This document shows positions 9,911-19,001 of a stretch of 64,000 nt of DNA, one piece after another (the stretch's first letter is position 1; each line of letters starts with the position of its first letter). The notes below the pieces were generated by a model. The model searched no databases. It saw only the letters and a program-made list of their open reading frames with translations, and was not told the origin of the DNA. The position numbers and the translations under genes are program-made. Source of the DNA: Gammaproteobacteria bacterium (GTDB taxonomy: Bacteria > Pseudomonadota > Gammaproteobacteria > Eutrophobiales > Eutrophobiaceae). Location of the stretch: the NCBI GenBank assembly GCA_965116495.1, contig OZ220696.1:2048001-2112000 (forward strand), read 5' to 3'.

Positions 9911-10032
9911 GTGTCGCCCATAATCAACTCCTCAACATCACCGACATCGATCTGGTCAGCATGCTTGTTCATTATATGTTAAGCATTGCTTCTGCTCCAT
10001 TCTGGGATTTTGACAATGATAACGGTTGGCAA

Positions 10033-10100
10033 TATCTGGACATCTATCTGGACAGTATCTGGACATCTATCTGGACAGTATCTGGACAATCCCGTATAAT
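10033..10100 (+). promoter_or_regulatory. Five TATCTGGACA direct repeats overlapping a sigma70 promoter of fic
   Basis: Repeats spaced 12/11/12/11 bp; TGGACA (10072-77)-N17-TATAAT (10095-100). Confidence 0.75.
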
Positions 10101-10122
10101 ATGATGCAAGGCACCACAGAAC

Positions 10123-11550
10123 ATGACAGACGCCGTTAACAAAGACGTATCAGAACTCATCGTTGAGATCGTTGACTCTGCTGAGGATGGACTCAGCAGC
10201 GCCGATATCTATGCGCAATTAAAACAGATATATCCTGCCAAGGCCCCCGTTTACAGAACGGTGGGGAGAAAATTGCTGGCACTGGTTAAAGAGGGAGAAA
10301 TCGTTCGTTCAGGGAAGGCCAGAGCAGTAAAATACCGGCGCCCCGCCGAAACACCTGTCCTAAATACCGTTTATGATGCCAAGCAGTCGGTCCCCATCTC
10401 TGATGAGAGCAAAGCGATCCAGGACTATGTACGCCGTCCAATTCAGGAACGGAAGCCTGCCGATTACAAGCGCACCTTCCTGGAAAGCTACATACCGAAC
10501 CACACCTACTACCTGCCGGACAGGATCAGACAGGACCTGTACAGCATCGGCGAAATAAGGCCAACGGCCCTGCCGGCAGGTAGCACGTACCAGCCGGAAA
10601 CAGTCAACCGGTTGCTGGTCGACCTGTCCTGGGCATCCAGCCGTCTGGAAGGCAATACCTACTCGCGAATTGACACCGAGAACCTGGTTGAGAAAGGGAT
10701 TTATGCCGCGGGGAAAGACAGGGTTGAAGCTACGATGATCCTGAATCACAAACGTGCTATTGAGATGTTGCTGAATAATGCAGAGCACATAGACTACAAC
10801 ATGTACACGTTTATGGGTTTGCACGGGCTGCTGTCATCAAACCTGATGGGCGACCCGGCAGACAGCGGGCGACTGCGGAAGAAGATTGTCGAGATAGGCG
10901 GCTCTGTCTACTCCCCGAAGGGTATCCCACAAGTGGTTGAAGAATGCTTCAGGATGTTCCTGGCCAAGGCGAGGGACATAGAAGACCCGTATGAGCAGTC
11001 GTTCTTCACCATGGTGCACCTGCCGTACCTGCAGCCGTTCACCGACGTCAACAAGCGCTCGGCAAGGCTGGGCGCCAATATCCCGCTGGTCAAGAACAGG
11101 CTATGCCCCCTATCATTTATAGACGTGCCCGAAAGGGACTATATTGAAGGAAACCTGGGCGTGTACGAACTGAACGACACCAGCCTGTTACAGGATGTGT
11201 ACGTGTGGGCGTACGAACGGTCCTGCCGACGATATAACGTGTTACAGGAAAAAGATCGTGCCGGCGACCCAGACCCATTCAGGCTCAGGTACGAGATAGC
11301 GCTCGCCGCAGTGGTCGGGCGTATCGTTAAAGAGCAGCTGGAACCCACGGATGCCTGCATTGCGGGGCTGGCGCAGGGACGGGTCCCGGCTAACGACATC
11401 CACCAATTCGCTGATCTGGTCAACACCGAATTGCAGAATCTGCATATGGGACTCCTGCTACGAAACGGCATAAGTCTGGAAGAGTTCAACGCCTGGGAGC
11501 AGCATAAAGCGGCGTCTTCGCCTGCTGACACATCCACCAATTCGCCCTGA
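10123..11550 (+). CDS. Fic family protein with N-terminal winged-HTH
   Basis: SSRLEGN motif and variant Fic motif YLQPFTDVNKRSARL. Confidence 0.9.
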   Translation: MTDAVNKDVSELIVEIVDSAEDGLSSADIYAQLKQIYPAKAPVYRTVGRKLLALVKEGEIVRSGKARAVKYRRPAETPVLNTVYDAKQSVPISDESKAIQDYVRRPIQERKPADYKRTFLESYIPNHTYYLPDRIRQDLYSIGEIRPTALPAGSTYQPETVNRLLVDLSWASSRLEGNTYSRIDTENLVEKGIYAAGKDRVEATMILNHKRAIEMLLNNAEHIDYNMYTFMGLHGLLSSNLMGDPADSGRLRKKIVEIGGSVYSPKGIPQVVEECFRMFLAKARDIEDPYEQSFFTMVHLPYLQPFTDVNKRSARLGANIPLVKNRLCPLSFIDVPERDYIEGNLGVYELNDTSLLQDVYVWAYERSCRRYNVLQEKDRAGDPDPFRLRYEIALAAVVGRIVKEQLEPTDACIAGLAQGRVPANDIHQFADLVNTELQNLHMGLLLRNGISLEEFNAWEQHKAASSPADTSTNSP

Positions 11551-11681
11551 CCGGAAATCTTGAATTTACGAGCGTCTGGTTCCGGGGTGGAGCTCAACCC
11601 CAATAATCCGTAATTCTGGTAACCTATCGAAATACAACATATATGTTTAATGAAGCGCTGACTGGATCAGAGGTTCCTTGG

Positions 11682-12956
11682 TTACAGCAATTTAAAATCT
11701 GCTGAAAGTTTCAACCAGTGGGATCTCAGGACTTCCTTGTGTAGTTCATGCATAGGCAGATCCTGCAACATCCCCGGCCACAGGTCGCGAGCTGCTGTCA
11801 GGGCATCAAGCAAATGTACTTTTACCGCAGGCCACGGAACGCCTATCCTCTCACTCCAGGTCTGAAAGGCTTTCAGGCTGATGGAATACCATTTTTTCTG
11901 TTTGCCAAGGTTTAATGCGATACCGGTTTCGCTCGGAACGTACGGCAGCGTCGACACGATATCGTAGGCAGGCGCCAGTTCCGGGTTGACGGCATCGGGA
12001 TAAATCAGGGTCCAGTTCTTCAAATGAGCATCACCGTTGGCCAGCAGGATATTCGCCAGGAGACGGCGGGCCAACTGCTGGATATCTCCCAACCCGCCCC
12101 CGCCATAACGATATAAAACGACGGCAACCTGTTCATAATTGGTCCTCCCATACTTGTCGTGAGGGAAAAACTCAAATACCTGGGCGAAGTCTTCCGTATG
12201 GATACGCCCCCGGGCGCTGCGGTCGAAACGGTGGATGGCATAAGCATGCGCATCGTCCGGCAATTGGATTGAGGGCAGGTTATCCAGAGTGTCCAGGGAT
12301 ATCAGCGCTACCTCGGGGATATCCACACCTGCGGCTTCAGCCAGTTTCATTGCGCTGAATTCGTTTTCCGGTACGTTCCTGTGAATCGTGGACGGTGTTT
12401 TAATTATCCAGTCGTCGGTTCCCACCTCTGCACTGACGTTGTATCGTCCATCCCTCCGGACAGTAGAAAATTTCATTTGAATACCGGCCAGTGAAAACTT
12501 TTGCTTAACTCCCTTGACGTCAATTTGAACCGCTTCTATACGATCCCGTCCAGACAAGGCCCAGGCAGGAATTTCACCGGCAGGTACAGGCGTTGCAACA
12601 ACAGCCCCAGGCAGATTGTTGCCTACCCATGCCAGTAACGGGAACTCGTTTGCAGGATGAATTTTCAATGTGCTGGATAGCAGTTCACGTAGCGCTCCTT
12701 CCGGCAACAGGTTGGACAAGACAGCCGGGACTCTCTGAGAACTTACCAACACCCTGTCCAGGTAGTTTGGGTTTATTCTTTGAGTCAGCGTCATTGTGGG
12801 CCGATCCTGCTCCCGCAAGGCCCTGTATTCCGGGTCGAAGGTCAAGATATTCTTACCACCGGTGTAATGGGTGAGTATTCCGACTTTCTGCCCGTGCAAG
12901 GTCAGTTGTAACGCTTCAACAGATTCTGCTTGACCGTTGGTTTCTGACATCGTCAT
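11682..12956 (-). CDS. hipA: HipA-family kinase toxin
   Basis: NLLPEG, SLAGIQMK, RFDR, H.EDF, NGDAHLKN and LAPAYD motifs. Confidence 0.92.
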   Translation of the reverse strand: MTMSETNGQAESVEALQLTLHGQKVGILTHYTGGKNILTFDPEYRALREQDRPTMTLTQRINPNYLDRVLVSSQRVPAVLSNLLPEGALRELLSSTLKIHPANEFPLLAWVGNNLPGAVVATPVPAGEIPAWALSGRDRIEAVQIDVKGVKQKFSLAGIQMKFSTVRRDGRYNVSAEVGTDDWIIKTPSTIHRNVPENEFSAMKLAEAAGVDIPEVALISLDTLDNLPSIQLPDDAHAYAIHRFDRSARGRIHTEDFAQVFEFFPHDKYGRTNYEQVAVVLYRYGGGGLGDIQQLARRLLANILLANGDAHLKNWTLIYPDAVNPELAPAYDIVSTLPYVPSETGIALNLGKQKKWYSISLKAFQTWSERIGVPWPAVKVHLLDALTAARDLWPGMLQDLPMHELHKEVLRSHWLKLSADFKLL

Positions 12957-13288
12957 TCGTCCTCGAATTCAGCCAGTAATGGGGACCAGGAGGAATCTTG
13001 GACCTCATCCTGCCAATCAGTATCAGCAGGTAACATGCCGCGCTCATGGCCATACGAACGCGGCAAATTTTCCAGGTGTCGAACCTGCTCGCGGGGAGCT
13101 ATCAGCAGTTCCAGACCCATTCCTTCAAGGACGCGTAGCAGAGTGGAAACCCGTACGTCATGACCGGCTTCAACGCGTTGGTATTGTTGCTGTGACATGC
13201 CGATTTTCATCAGCATATCCGATTGCTTCAACCCCAAATCGCGTCGACGCTTCTCGATCCCGGATGATAGTTCAATCAATGTTCTCAT
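12953..13288 (-). CDS. hipB: HipB-like XRE HTH antitoxin
   Basis: XRE HTH (GMSQQQYQRVEAG); ATGA overlap with hipA. Confidence 0.85.
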   Translation of the reverse strand: MRTLIELSSGIEKRRRDLGLKQSDMLMKIGMSQQQYQRVEAGHDVRVSTLLRVLEGMGLELLIAPREQVRHLENLPRSYGHERGMLPADTDWQDEVQDSSWSPLLAEFEDE

Positions 13289-13313
13289 GATGGCTGACCA
13301 GGCTACTCAACAG

Positions 13314-13452
13314 ATACAATATATTAGTAGTTTACTCATAATTATACAATTGATACATCGTATATTAACAAAAATACATTGAATATATTGTAAATTATCT
13401 GAATACAATGAATAATTTGTATAATAAAGAAAATACATCATATAAGTTGTCA
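13314..13452. promoter_or_regulatory. Five imperfect ATACA-N10-TGTAT operator-like palindromes
   Basis: ATACA at 13314, 13344, 13374, 13403 and 13433 (29-30 bp period), upstream of hipB. Confidence 0.65.
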
Positions 13453-13588
13453 TTGTGTGGTGATATGGCCGCAGCTGGACCATCGGGCCGGAATGGAGGA
13501 GAGTGACTGCTATGTTCCTGTTAACCATCTCCCCGTTCTTGATCCACGAATCGTTTGGGGGGAGAACACCAATCCATCTCTCTCCGCC

Positions 13589-13717
13589 AAAGGCGGTCTG
13601 CTCACTGACACCGCTGGAGGGCGACCCGGCAGACAGCGGGCGACTGCGGAAGAAGATTGTCGAGATAGGCGGCTCTGTCTACTCCCCGAAGGGTATCCCA
13701 CAAGTGGTTGAAGAATG
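13589..13717 (+). repeat. Chimeric duplicate of 9838-9871 joined to 10848-10946
   Basis: Both parts match their source segments base for base as read by eye. Confidence 0.9.
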
Positions 13718-13741
13718 AACCGCCCCGGAAATCCCGGAGAC
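13716..13741 (+). mobile_element. Orphan IS3-family (IS51/IS629-like) terminal inverted repeat
   Basis: TGAACCGCCCCGGAAATCCCGGAGAC resembles IS629/IS3411 ends as recalled; no transposase follows. Confidence 0.7.
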
Positions 13742-13847
13742 CCGTTAGTCATGCCACATTTGAATGGTAATGAAGGTAATATAATGCAGCGCCGGATACT
13801 GTGTGAGTTATTAAACTCGGCTCGTAATCATTTCGGGTGCCATGGAA

Positions 13848-14150
13848 CTAAGCAGCCTCCTGTCTTGGTTTCACCCGTTTGGCAATGTCCTTGCCCGATT
13901 CCAGTTCGGCAACCCGAAGTTCATAGGCTTTTTGCAGGTTCAGCCACACCTGCGGTGTTGTATTGAGATAGCGGGCGAGCCGGAGCGCCGTGTCGGCGGT
14001 AATTCCCCGCCGCCCTCTTAAAATGTCCGAAATCCGGTTTTGAGGCACACCCAGTTCACGGGCAATTGCCTTGGCAGACATGCCCAGCTCCTCCAGTTCT
14101 TCACGCAAAATCTCACCGGGGTGTACCGGCCGCATACTATTCTTGATCAT
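13848..14150 (-). CDS. higA: HigA antitoxin
   Basis: HPGEILREE...ITADTALRLARY...WLNLQ signature. Confidence 0.93.
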   Translation of the reverse strand: MIKNSMRPVHPGEILREELEELGMSAKAIARELGVPQNRISDILRGRRGITADTALRLARYLNTTPQVWLNLQKAYELRVAELESGKDIAKRVKPRQEAA

Positions 14151-14163
14151 GTCTTCATTCTCG

Positions 14164-14442
14164 TCAGTGATAATCAACTATCTCAACGTCATAGGGACCG
14201 TCGTCTTCCCAGCGGAAACAGAGCCGCCATTGTTGATTGATTCTGATACTGTATTGTCCGGCCCGATTGCCGGATAACGATTCCAGTCGATTGCTTCGCA
14301 GCCCCGCTAAATCCTGCAACGATTCTGCGTTGTCCAAAAAGGTTAGCCGACGCGTTGCCTGGTGAGCAAATCCTTGAAAGGTCTTTACTCTTTGGCCGCC
14401 GAAAAACCGTTCCGTTTTTGAATCCTTGAAACTCCGAATCAT
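14164..14442 (-). CDS. higB: HigB (RelE-like) toxin
   Basis: MIRSFK...LESLSGNRAGQYSIRINQQWRLCF...EIVDYH; toxin-first gene order. Confidence 0.93.
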   Translation of the reverse strand: MIRSFKDSKTERFFGGQRVKTFQGFAHQATRRLTFLDNAESLQDLAGLRSNRLESLSGNRAGQYSIRINQQWRLCFRWEDDGPYDVEIVDYH

Positions 14443-14601
14443 GGGTTGGAATCATAACAGGTAATACGGGATATGTATATGCTATATATCATCTGACTTT
14501 GCACCACAAAACCTATCAATGGTGCTGGACTTCTACTCGGTCGCCCCCGAGATCGGTATCGCTGCCGGTGTGGTCCACGCAGACTGAATAACCACGACTC
14601 C

Positions 14602-14893
14602 GTGGACAAGCGGGATATCCTGATTGCAGTCGCGCCCAACGGCGCCCGCCTGGGGCGCAGGGACCATGCCGGAGTGTGTGTCTCTGGGATTACGCGAGTT
14701 TATCGGAGACGCTTCGGCAATTGAGACAGGCGCCAGGTTCCTGGAAGCCTTGTACCGGAACAGGACTCTCATCCAGTATATCCTGTTCGGCCCCGACGAC
14801 ATTCACTGGTACGAACACCTGTGTGAACAGGGAATTATCCCGGGTAAAAACCACATCTTGTTATTTGTTCTCGGTAACAGTGTTGTGCTGTAG
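14602..14893 (+). pseudogene. Internally deleted beta-keto acid cleavage enzyme (BKACE/DUF849) remnant
   Basis: ILIAVAPNGAR N-terminal motif in one frame, then SLGLRE...IQYILF...LLFVLG in another; both truncated. Confidence 0.6.
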
Positions 14894-14972
14894 TTACTCC
14901 TGGTGATACTCTACCCCACTCATGCATAGGATAATCTTTGTCAGTAAATAATTTTATATTCGACGGATCAGG

Positions 14973-15713
14973 ATGAAAGATAACGGTTATCAATACATTA
15001 CTCGACGGAAATTCATCAACACGATTGCCGGGACAACAGTGTATGGCCTGTCCGGTTTATCTTTAACAGCAGGAGTTAGTGCAGTTTACGGCGCCGGTGA
15101 AGTTCCATTCATCGGCTTGACGGAGGACGGTCCGCTGTATCCGCCTGACGAAATTCCCTGGGATGATGATTTAACGATAACCGGCTCAACAGGCGGCGTT
15201 GCCCAGGGTACAATCTTGTATTTATTCGGCAGGATCCTGAGCCGACAGGGACGTCCGCTGAAAGATGCCGTGGTCGAGATCTGGCAAACGGATTTCAACG
15301 GCAATTATCGCCATCCCAGGGCCTGGTCGCAGGATGAACTGGATCCGAACTTCGGCTATTTCGGCAAGGTTAAAACGAATAAAGAAGGCTTCTATCTCTT
15401 CAAGACCATACGGCCCCCCTGGTATTTATTGAAAGGCCTGCCCGGTACTCCGGAAGAAGGACTCCCGCGCGCCGCTCATATTCACATGAAAATGAAGCAT
15501 GCTGAACATGGAATCATGACAACGGAGGCGTATTTCGATAATGCTTCCCATGAAGAGATTGCCCCGGTTGACCAGGTGTTTTTAAGCCGGCCGAAAAGCG
15601 TAAGAGACCAAATCCTGTTAGCAGAGAACTCACCGAATGACTACCGTGACCTTGGTTTTGCATTTGAAGAAGGCGCCATCTGCTGCCGCTATGACCTTGC
15701 TTTCCTGCTCTGA
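14973..15713 (+). CDS. Tat-exported intradiol ring-cleavage dioxygenase-like protein
   Basis: TRRKFI twin-arginine leader; GPLYP, VEIWQ..GNY, TIRP..Y and RAAHIH motifs. Confidence 0.85.
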   Translation: MKDNGYQYITRRKFINTIAGTTVYGLSGLSLTAGVSAVYGAGEVPFIGLTEDGPLYPPDEIPWDDDLTITGSTGGVAQGTILYLFGRILSRQGRPLKDAVVEIWQTDFNGNYRHPRAWSQDELDPNFGYFGKVKTNKEGFYLFKTIRPPWYLLKGLPGTPEEGLPRAAHIHMKMKHAEHGIMTTEAYFDNASHEEIAPVDQVFLSRPKSVRDQILLAENSPNDYRDLGFAFEEGAICCRYDLAFLL

Positions 15714-15756
15714 TAAAAGATAACGGGACTGCAGGCCCCTTCTGGACAGCCTGATC

Positions 15757-16284
15757 TTATTCAGCGGAACTGAATGCGGAAACCAGGGCTGACGTATCGA
15801 TAAACTCTTCAAACGCTATCGCCTGGCCATCAGCCAGCGTATACATGTGGATCCAGTTTGACTGATATTCCTTGCCGGTATCCTTAACCCGCATATGCTC
15901 ATAACCCACCACAAGCACCTTGTCGCCACTGGCCTCAAAGGAAAAGATAGTTTGCTCCAGCACATCTATACGGGCGAAGACGGTTTCAAAAAATTGAACC
16001 ACACCTGCCTTACCCTCAAATTTTCCTGCAAATGGAATTTGTTCAGGATCCCCGGGATGCAACCAGACGATGTCGTCACTCATACTGCCGAGAATGGCTT
16101 CCATATCCCCTGTCGCAAAACCATCATATATTGCTTTCACAGTGTGAAGATTATCCATATTGTCCGTTGTTTCAGTTCCATTATTACTGCATCCGGACTG
16201 GGAAAGCACGAACAACAAAATGACGATGCTGACCGGGATCAACTTGTTGAACGGCAGGACTGCTATTGGGTTATTAATCATCAT
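15757..16284 (-). CDS. SnoaL/NTF2-like putative lipoprotein
   Basis: Y..FA.GD, P.AG.F.GK.GV and EEFIDT motifs; hydrophobic leader ending SGC. Start uncertain. Confidence 0.75.
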   Translation of the reverse strand: MMINNPIAVLPFNKLIPVSIVILLFVLSQSGCSNNGTETTDNMDNLHTVKAIYDGFATGDMEAILGSMSDDIVWLHPGDPEQIPFAGKFEGKAGVVQFFETVFARIDVLEQTIFSFEASGDKVLVVGYEHMRVKDTGKEYQSNWIHMYTLADGQAIAFEEFIDTSALVSAFSSAE

Positions 16285-16385
16285 ATGACAAGTTATACTT
16301 ACAAGACGCATTTTTTGCAAGTTATCGTCGTGTGCAGTAGTCACAATGAAGAACGGTAATTCCGACCCGTGCTACTATTTTGTAT

Positions 16386-17069
16386 ATGACGCCGGCAAAC
16401 ACATCGAAGACCCTATTTATTGCCTGCGCCGCCCTGGGCCGGGAGGTGAAGGCGATTATCAGCAAACACGGCTGGGATGCCGAGTTCGAAGCAATTAACG
16501 CCAAGCTTCACCTTGAACCGGCCAGGATAGGCCCGGCCGTGGAAGATCGGTTGAAGAATGCACAAGGGAAATACGACCGTACCGTGGTGGTTTACGGCCA
16601 CTGCGGCGCTTTTGACCTGGACGGCATTCTCAAAAAATACGGGGCAGTGCGCCCGCTGGGTCCGCACTGCTATGAAATGTTCGGCGGCGAAGAGTTTCCC
16701 CGGGTGATGGAGGAAGAGATCGGCACGTTTATCCTCACCGATTTTCTGGTACACGCCTGGCAGAAATTCGTCGTCCAGGGATTGAAGATGGATAAGCACC
16801 CGGAGTTGCAGCAACTCATGTTCGGCCATTACAAGCGTATGGTTTACTTCACCCAGGAGGAAAATAATGCCGACCTGCTCTCACGCGCCGGGGAAATCGC
16901 CGCTTCCCTCGGCCTGGACCTGGAAATCAGGCACACGGGTTACGGTGACCTGGAGAATAGGCTGGTCGCCATCATGGAAGGCAGGAAGCAACCTGTCACG
17001 AGCATGACTCATGATGAATTCAGCACCACGGCTTACCCGGTGGCGGACTCACATAGGGGACGGATTTGA
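16386..17069 (+). CDS. DUF1638 domain protein
   Basis: IAC..L.RE, LH..P, YGHCG and HCYEMF conserved Cys/His pattern. Confidence 0.8.
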   Translation: MTPANTSKTLFIACAALGREVKAIISKHGWDAEFEAINAKLHLEPARIGPAVEDRLKNAQGKYDRTVVVYGHCGAFDLDGILKKYGAVRPLGPHCYEMFGGEEFPRVMEEEIGTFILTDFLVHAWQKFVVQGLKMDKHPELQQLMFGHYKRMVYFTQEENNADLLSRAGEIAASLGLDLEIRHTGYGDLENRLVAIMEGRKQPVTSMTHDEFSTTAYPVADSHRGRI

Positions 17070-17080
17070 AATCCGTCCCC
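17056..17080. repeat. GGGGACRGATTT-AAATCYGTCCCC palindrome family
   Basis: Copies at 17056, 53945, 57022 and 61755; degenerate copies near 34823 and 39607. Confidence 0.9.
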
Positions 17081-17107
17081 GGACATGATAAACCGCGCAC
17101 AGTAACA

Positions 17108-18964
17108 TCACTGCCTTACGTTTCCCACCGGCTGGGTTAAGGCGTCGGCGACGAGTTCATCCACGTTGCTGCCCGTGAGGGAGTTCAAAAATGCGACTAT
17201 TGATTCGATTTCTGCTTCACTCAGTCCCAGCGGTTGTATCAAGGGGTCAAGCAGTTCATTTTTTATCCCGCCCCGGTTGTAGAATTCCACAACCTGGCGC
17301 AATGTTCGTAGCGTCCCGTTATGCATGTATGGAGCGGACAGACTGACGTTTCTCAGCCCGGGCGTCCTGTATTTCCAGCGGTCGTCCGGATCTTCGGTGA
17401 TTTCGTAATAGCCCAGGTCATTGGGCGGAGGATCACTCGCTACCGTGACCAGGGCCCGTTCGACCATGAGCGTAGTGCCGGGCGCCACGGTAACCTGTAT
17501 CTTGTCGTCCCGGGTTCCCATGGAAACAAGGTAGCCGATGCCGGTATTGTGCAGCTTGTGGTCGGTAAACAGGGCGTAGTCGGAATTTACGGAATGGCAT
17601 GCGATGCAGCGCGCCTTTCCGGTAAATAGTCCAAAGCCTGCTTTTTCCTGTTCATCCAGGGCATTTTCCTCTTCACCGTAATACCAGCGGTCAAACGGGC
17701 TGTCCGCGGAGTTCAGAGTGCGCTGGTAGCTGGCCAGCGCCATGCCGACAGTCTCCATGCCCGGCCCTTTACCCTGGAACGCCTGTTCGAATTTGCCGCG
17801 GTATTCCGGTATGGATTTCAATCTATCGATGACAAAGCCTACGGATGGGTTGGCCATTTCATTGCGCGCCAGTAACGGGGTCCAGGCCTGCTGTTCCAGC
17901 AGGTTCTCGCGGGCGTCGTGGAACAGCAATCTTGCAAACCCGACGTTATACAGTGTCGGTGCGTTACGCCGCAGTGTCCGGCCTTCAATGCCAATGGCAA
18001 CCGCCAGTTCCTGGCTGGTGAAGCCCTGCTCCGGGATATGGCACATCGCGCAGGAGAGGGTATTGTTGTGCGACAGGCGCCGGTCGAAAAACAGTTGCCG
18101 GCCCAGCAGTATCTTTTCCTGTGTCAACGGGTTGTTTTCAGGGACTTCGATCCCGGGCAGGCCCAGCAGGTGCCGTTCTCCCGGCCTGTCCGCATGCGCA
18201 CGCGCGCTGCTGTGCGCCGCCGCGCCTGTGGCGCCCTCCTGGTCTTCCATAGCCAGGGTTTTTATATCATTGATAACCGTGTCCGCATGCAGGAATGAAA
18301 CGCTGTAAATATTGCGGACCCGGCTTGCCTTGTCCAGCAGGAACACCCGCAGGATATGGGAAATGACACCGGTGTACTCCCCGGCCTCGTTATATTCCAT
18401 TTGTACAGGTTGATTGAATCCCCGGAGTACGGGCTGCAACTTCCCGGTGGAAGCCGTGGTGAGGAAGCGCCAGTCATAATTATTCCGGTTGAATTGCCTG
18501 CCGTATTTCGTCATCACCTGCGGCGTGTCGAAGCCCGGGTCGAAGCTGAGGCTGATCATGCGCACCCGGTCCCTGAGCAGCGTGTCCGCGTCCAGCCGTT
18601 GTTGCAATTGTCCGAGAACGAAAGTGGCCAGGGGACAGCCGTTGACGTCATTGCAATTGGTGTAAATGAAGCTGAGCACCACGAACTTGTCGCCGAAAAA
18701 GTCATCCAGGGAACGTTCACGGCCGTTTTCATCGAGGACCAGGCCGGTGCCGGCCTTTCCCAGCGGCGGGAGTTGATAAGTGCCCGGTTCAGGCGCGGTA
18801 TATTCCAGGACGCGATAACCCGGCGCCAGAATTTGCGCCGGTGCATCGTGCTGGTGCTGCCCCTGCGCAGTAAGGGTTGGCGCAGGAATAAAACAAAAAA
18901 CGCCGGCTGCCAGGAAGACGGCCGGCGTCAATAATCTATATTTCACCCCATTTCTGCGGAGCAT
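17108..18964 (-). CDS. SCO1/SenC plus di-heme cytochrome c peroxidase (MauG-like) fusion
   Basis: N-terminal FIYTNC....GCP SCO domain; CAMCH and CIACH heme motifs; PYMHNG. Confidence 0.88.
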   Translation of the reverse strand: MLRRNGVKYRLLTPAVFLAAGVFCFIPAPTLTAQGQHQHDAPAQILAPGYRVLEYTAPEPGTYQLPPLGKAGTGLVLDENGRERSLDDFFGDKFVVLSFIYTNCNDVNGCPLATFVLGQLQQRLDADTLLRDRVRMISLSFDPGFDTPQVMTKYGRQFNRNNYDWRFLTTASTGKLQPVLRGFNQPVQMEYNEAGEYTGVISHILRVFLLDKASRVRNIYSVSFLHADTVINDIKTLAMEDQEGATGAAAHSSARAHADRPGERHLLGLPGIEVPENNPLTQEKILLGRQLFFDRRLSHNNTLSCAMCHIPEQGFTSQELAVAIGIEGRTLRRNAPTLYNVGFARLLFHDARENLLEQQAWTPLLARNEMANPSVGFVIDRLKSIPEYRGKFEQAFQGKGPGMETVGMALASYQRTLNSADSPFDRWYYGEEENALDEQEKAGFGLFTGKARCIACHSVNSDYALFTDHKLHNTGIGYLVSMGTRDDKIQVTVAPGTTLMVERALVTVASDPPPNDLGYYEITEDPDDRWKYRTPGLRNVSLSAPYMHNGTLRTLRQVVEFYNRGGIKNELLDPLIQPLGLSEAEIESIVAFLNSLTGSNVDELVADALTQPVGNVRQ

Positions 18965-19001
18965 GTCCCGGCATGACGGGCAGAGGATATATTCCTGCCC
19001 A

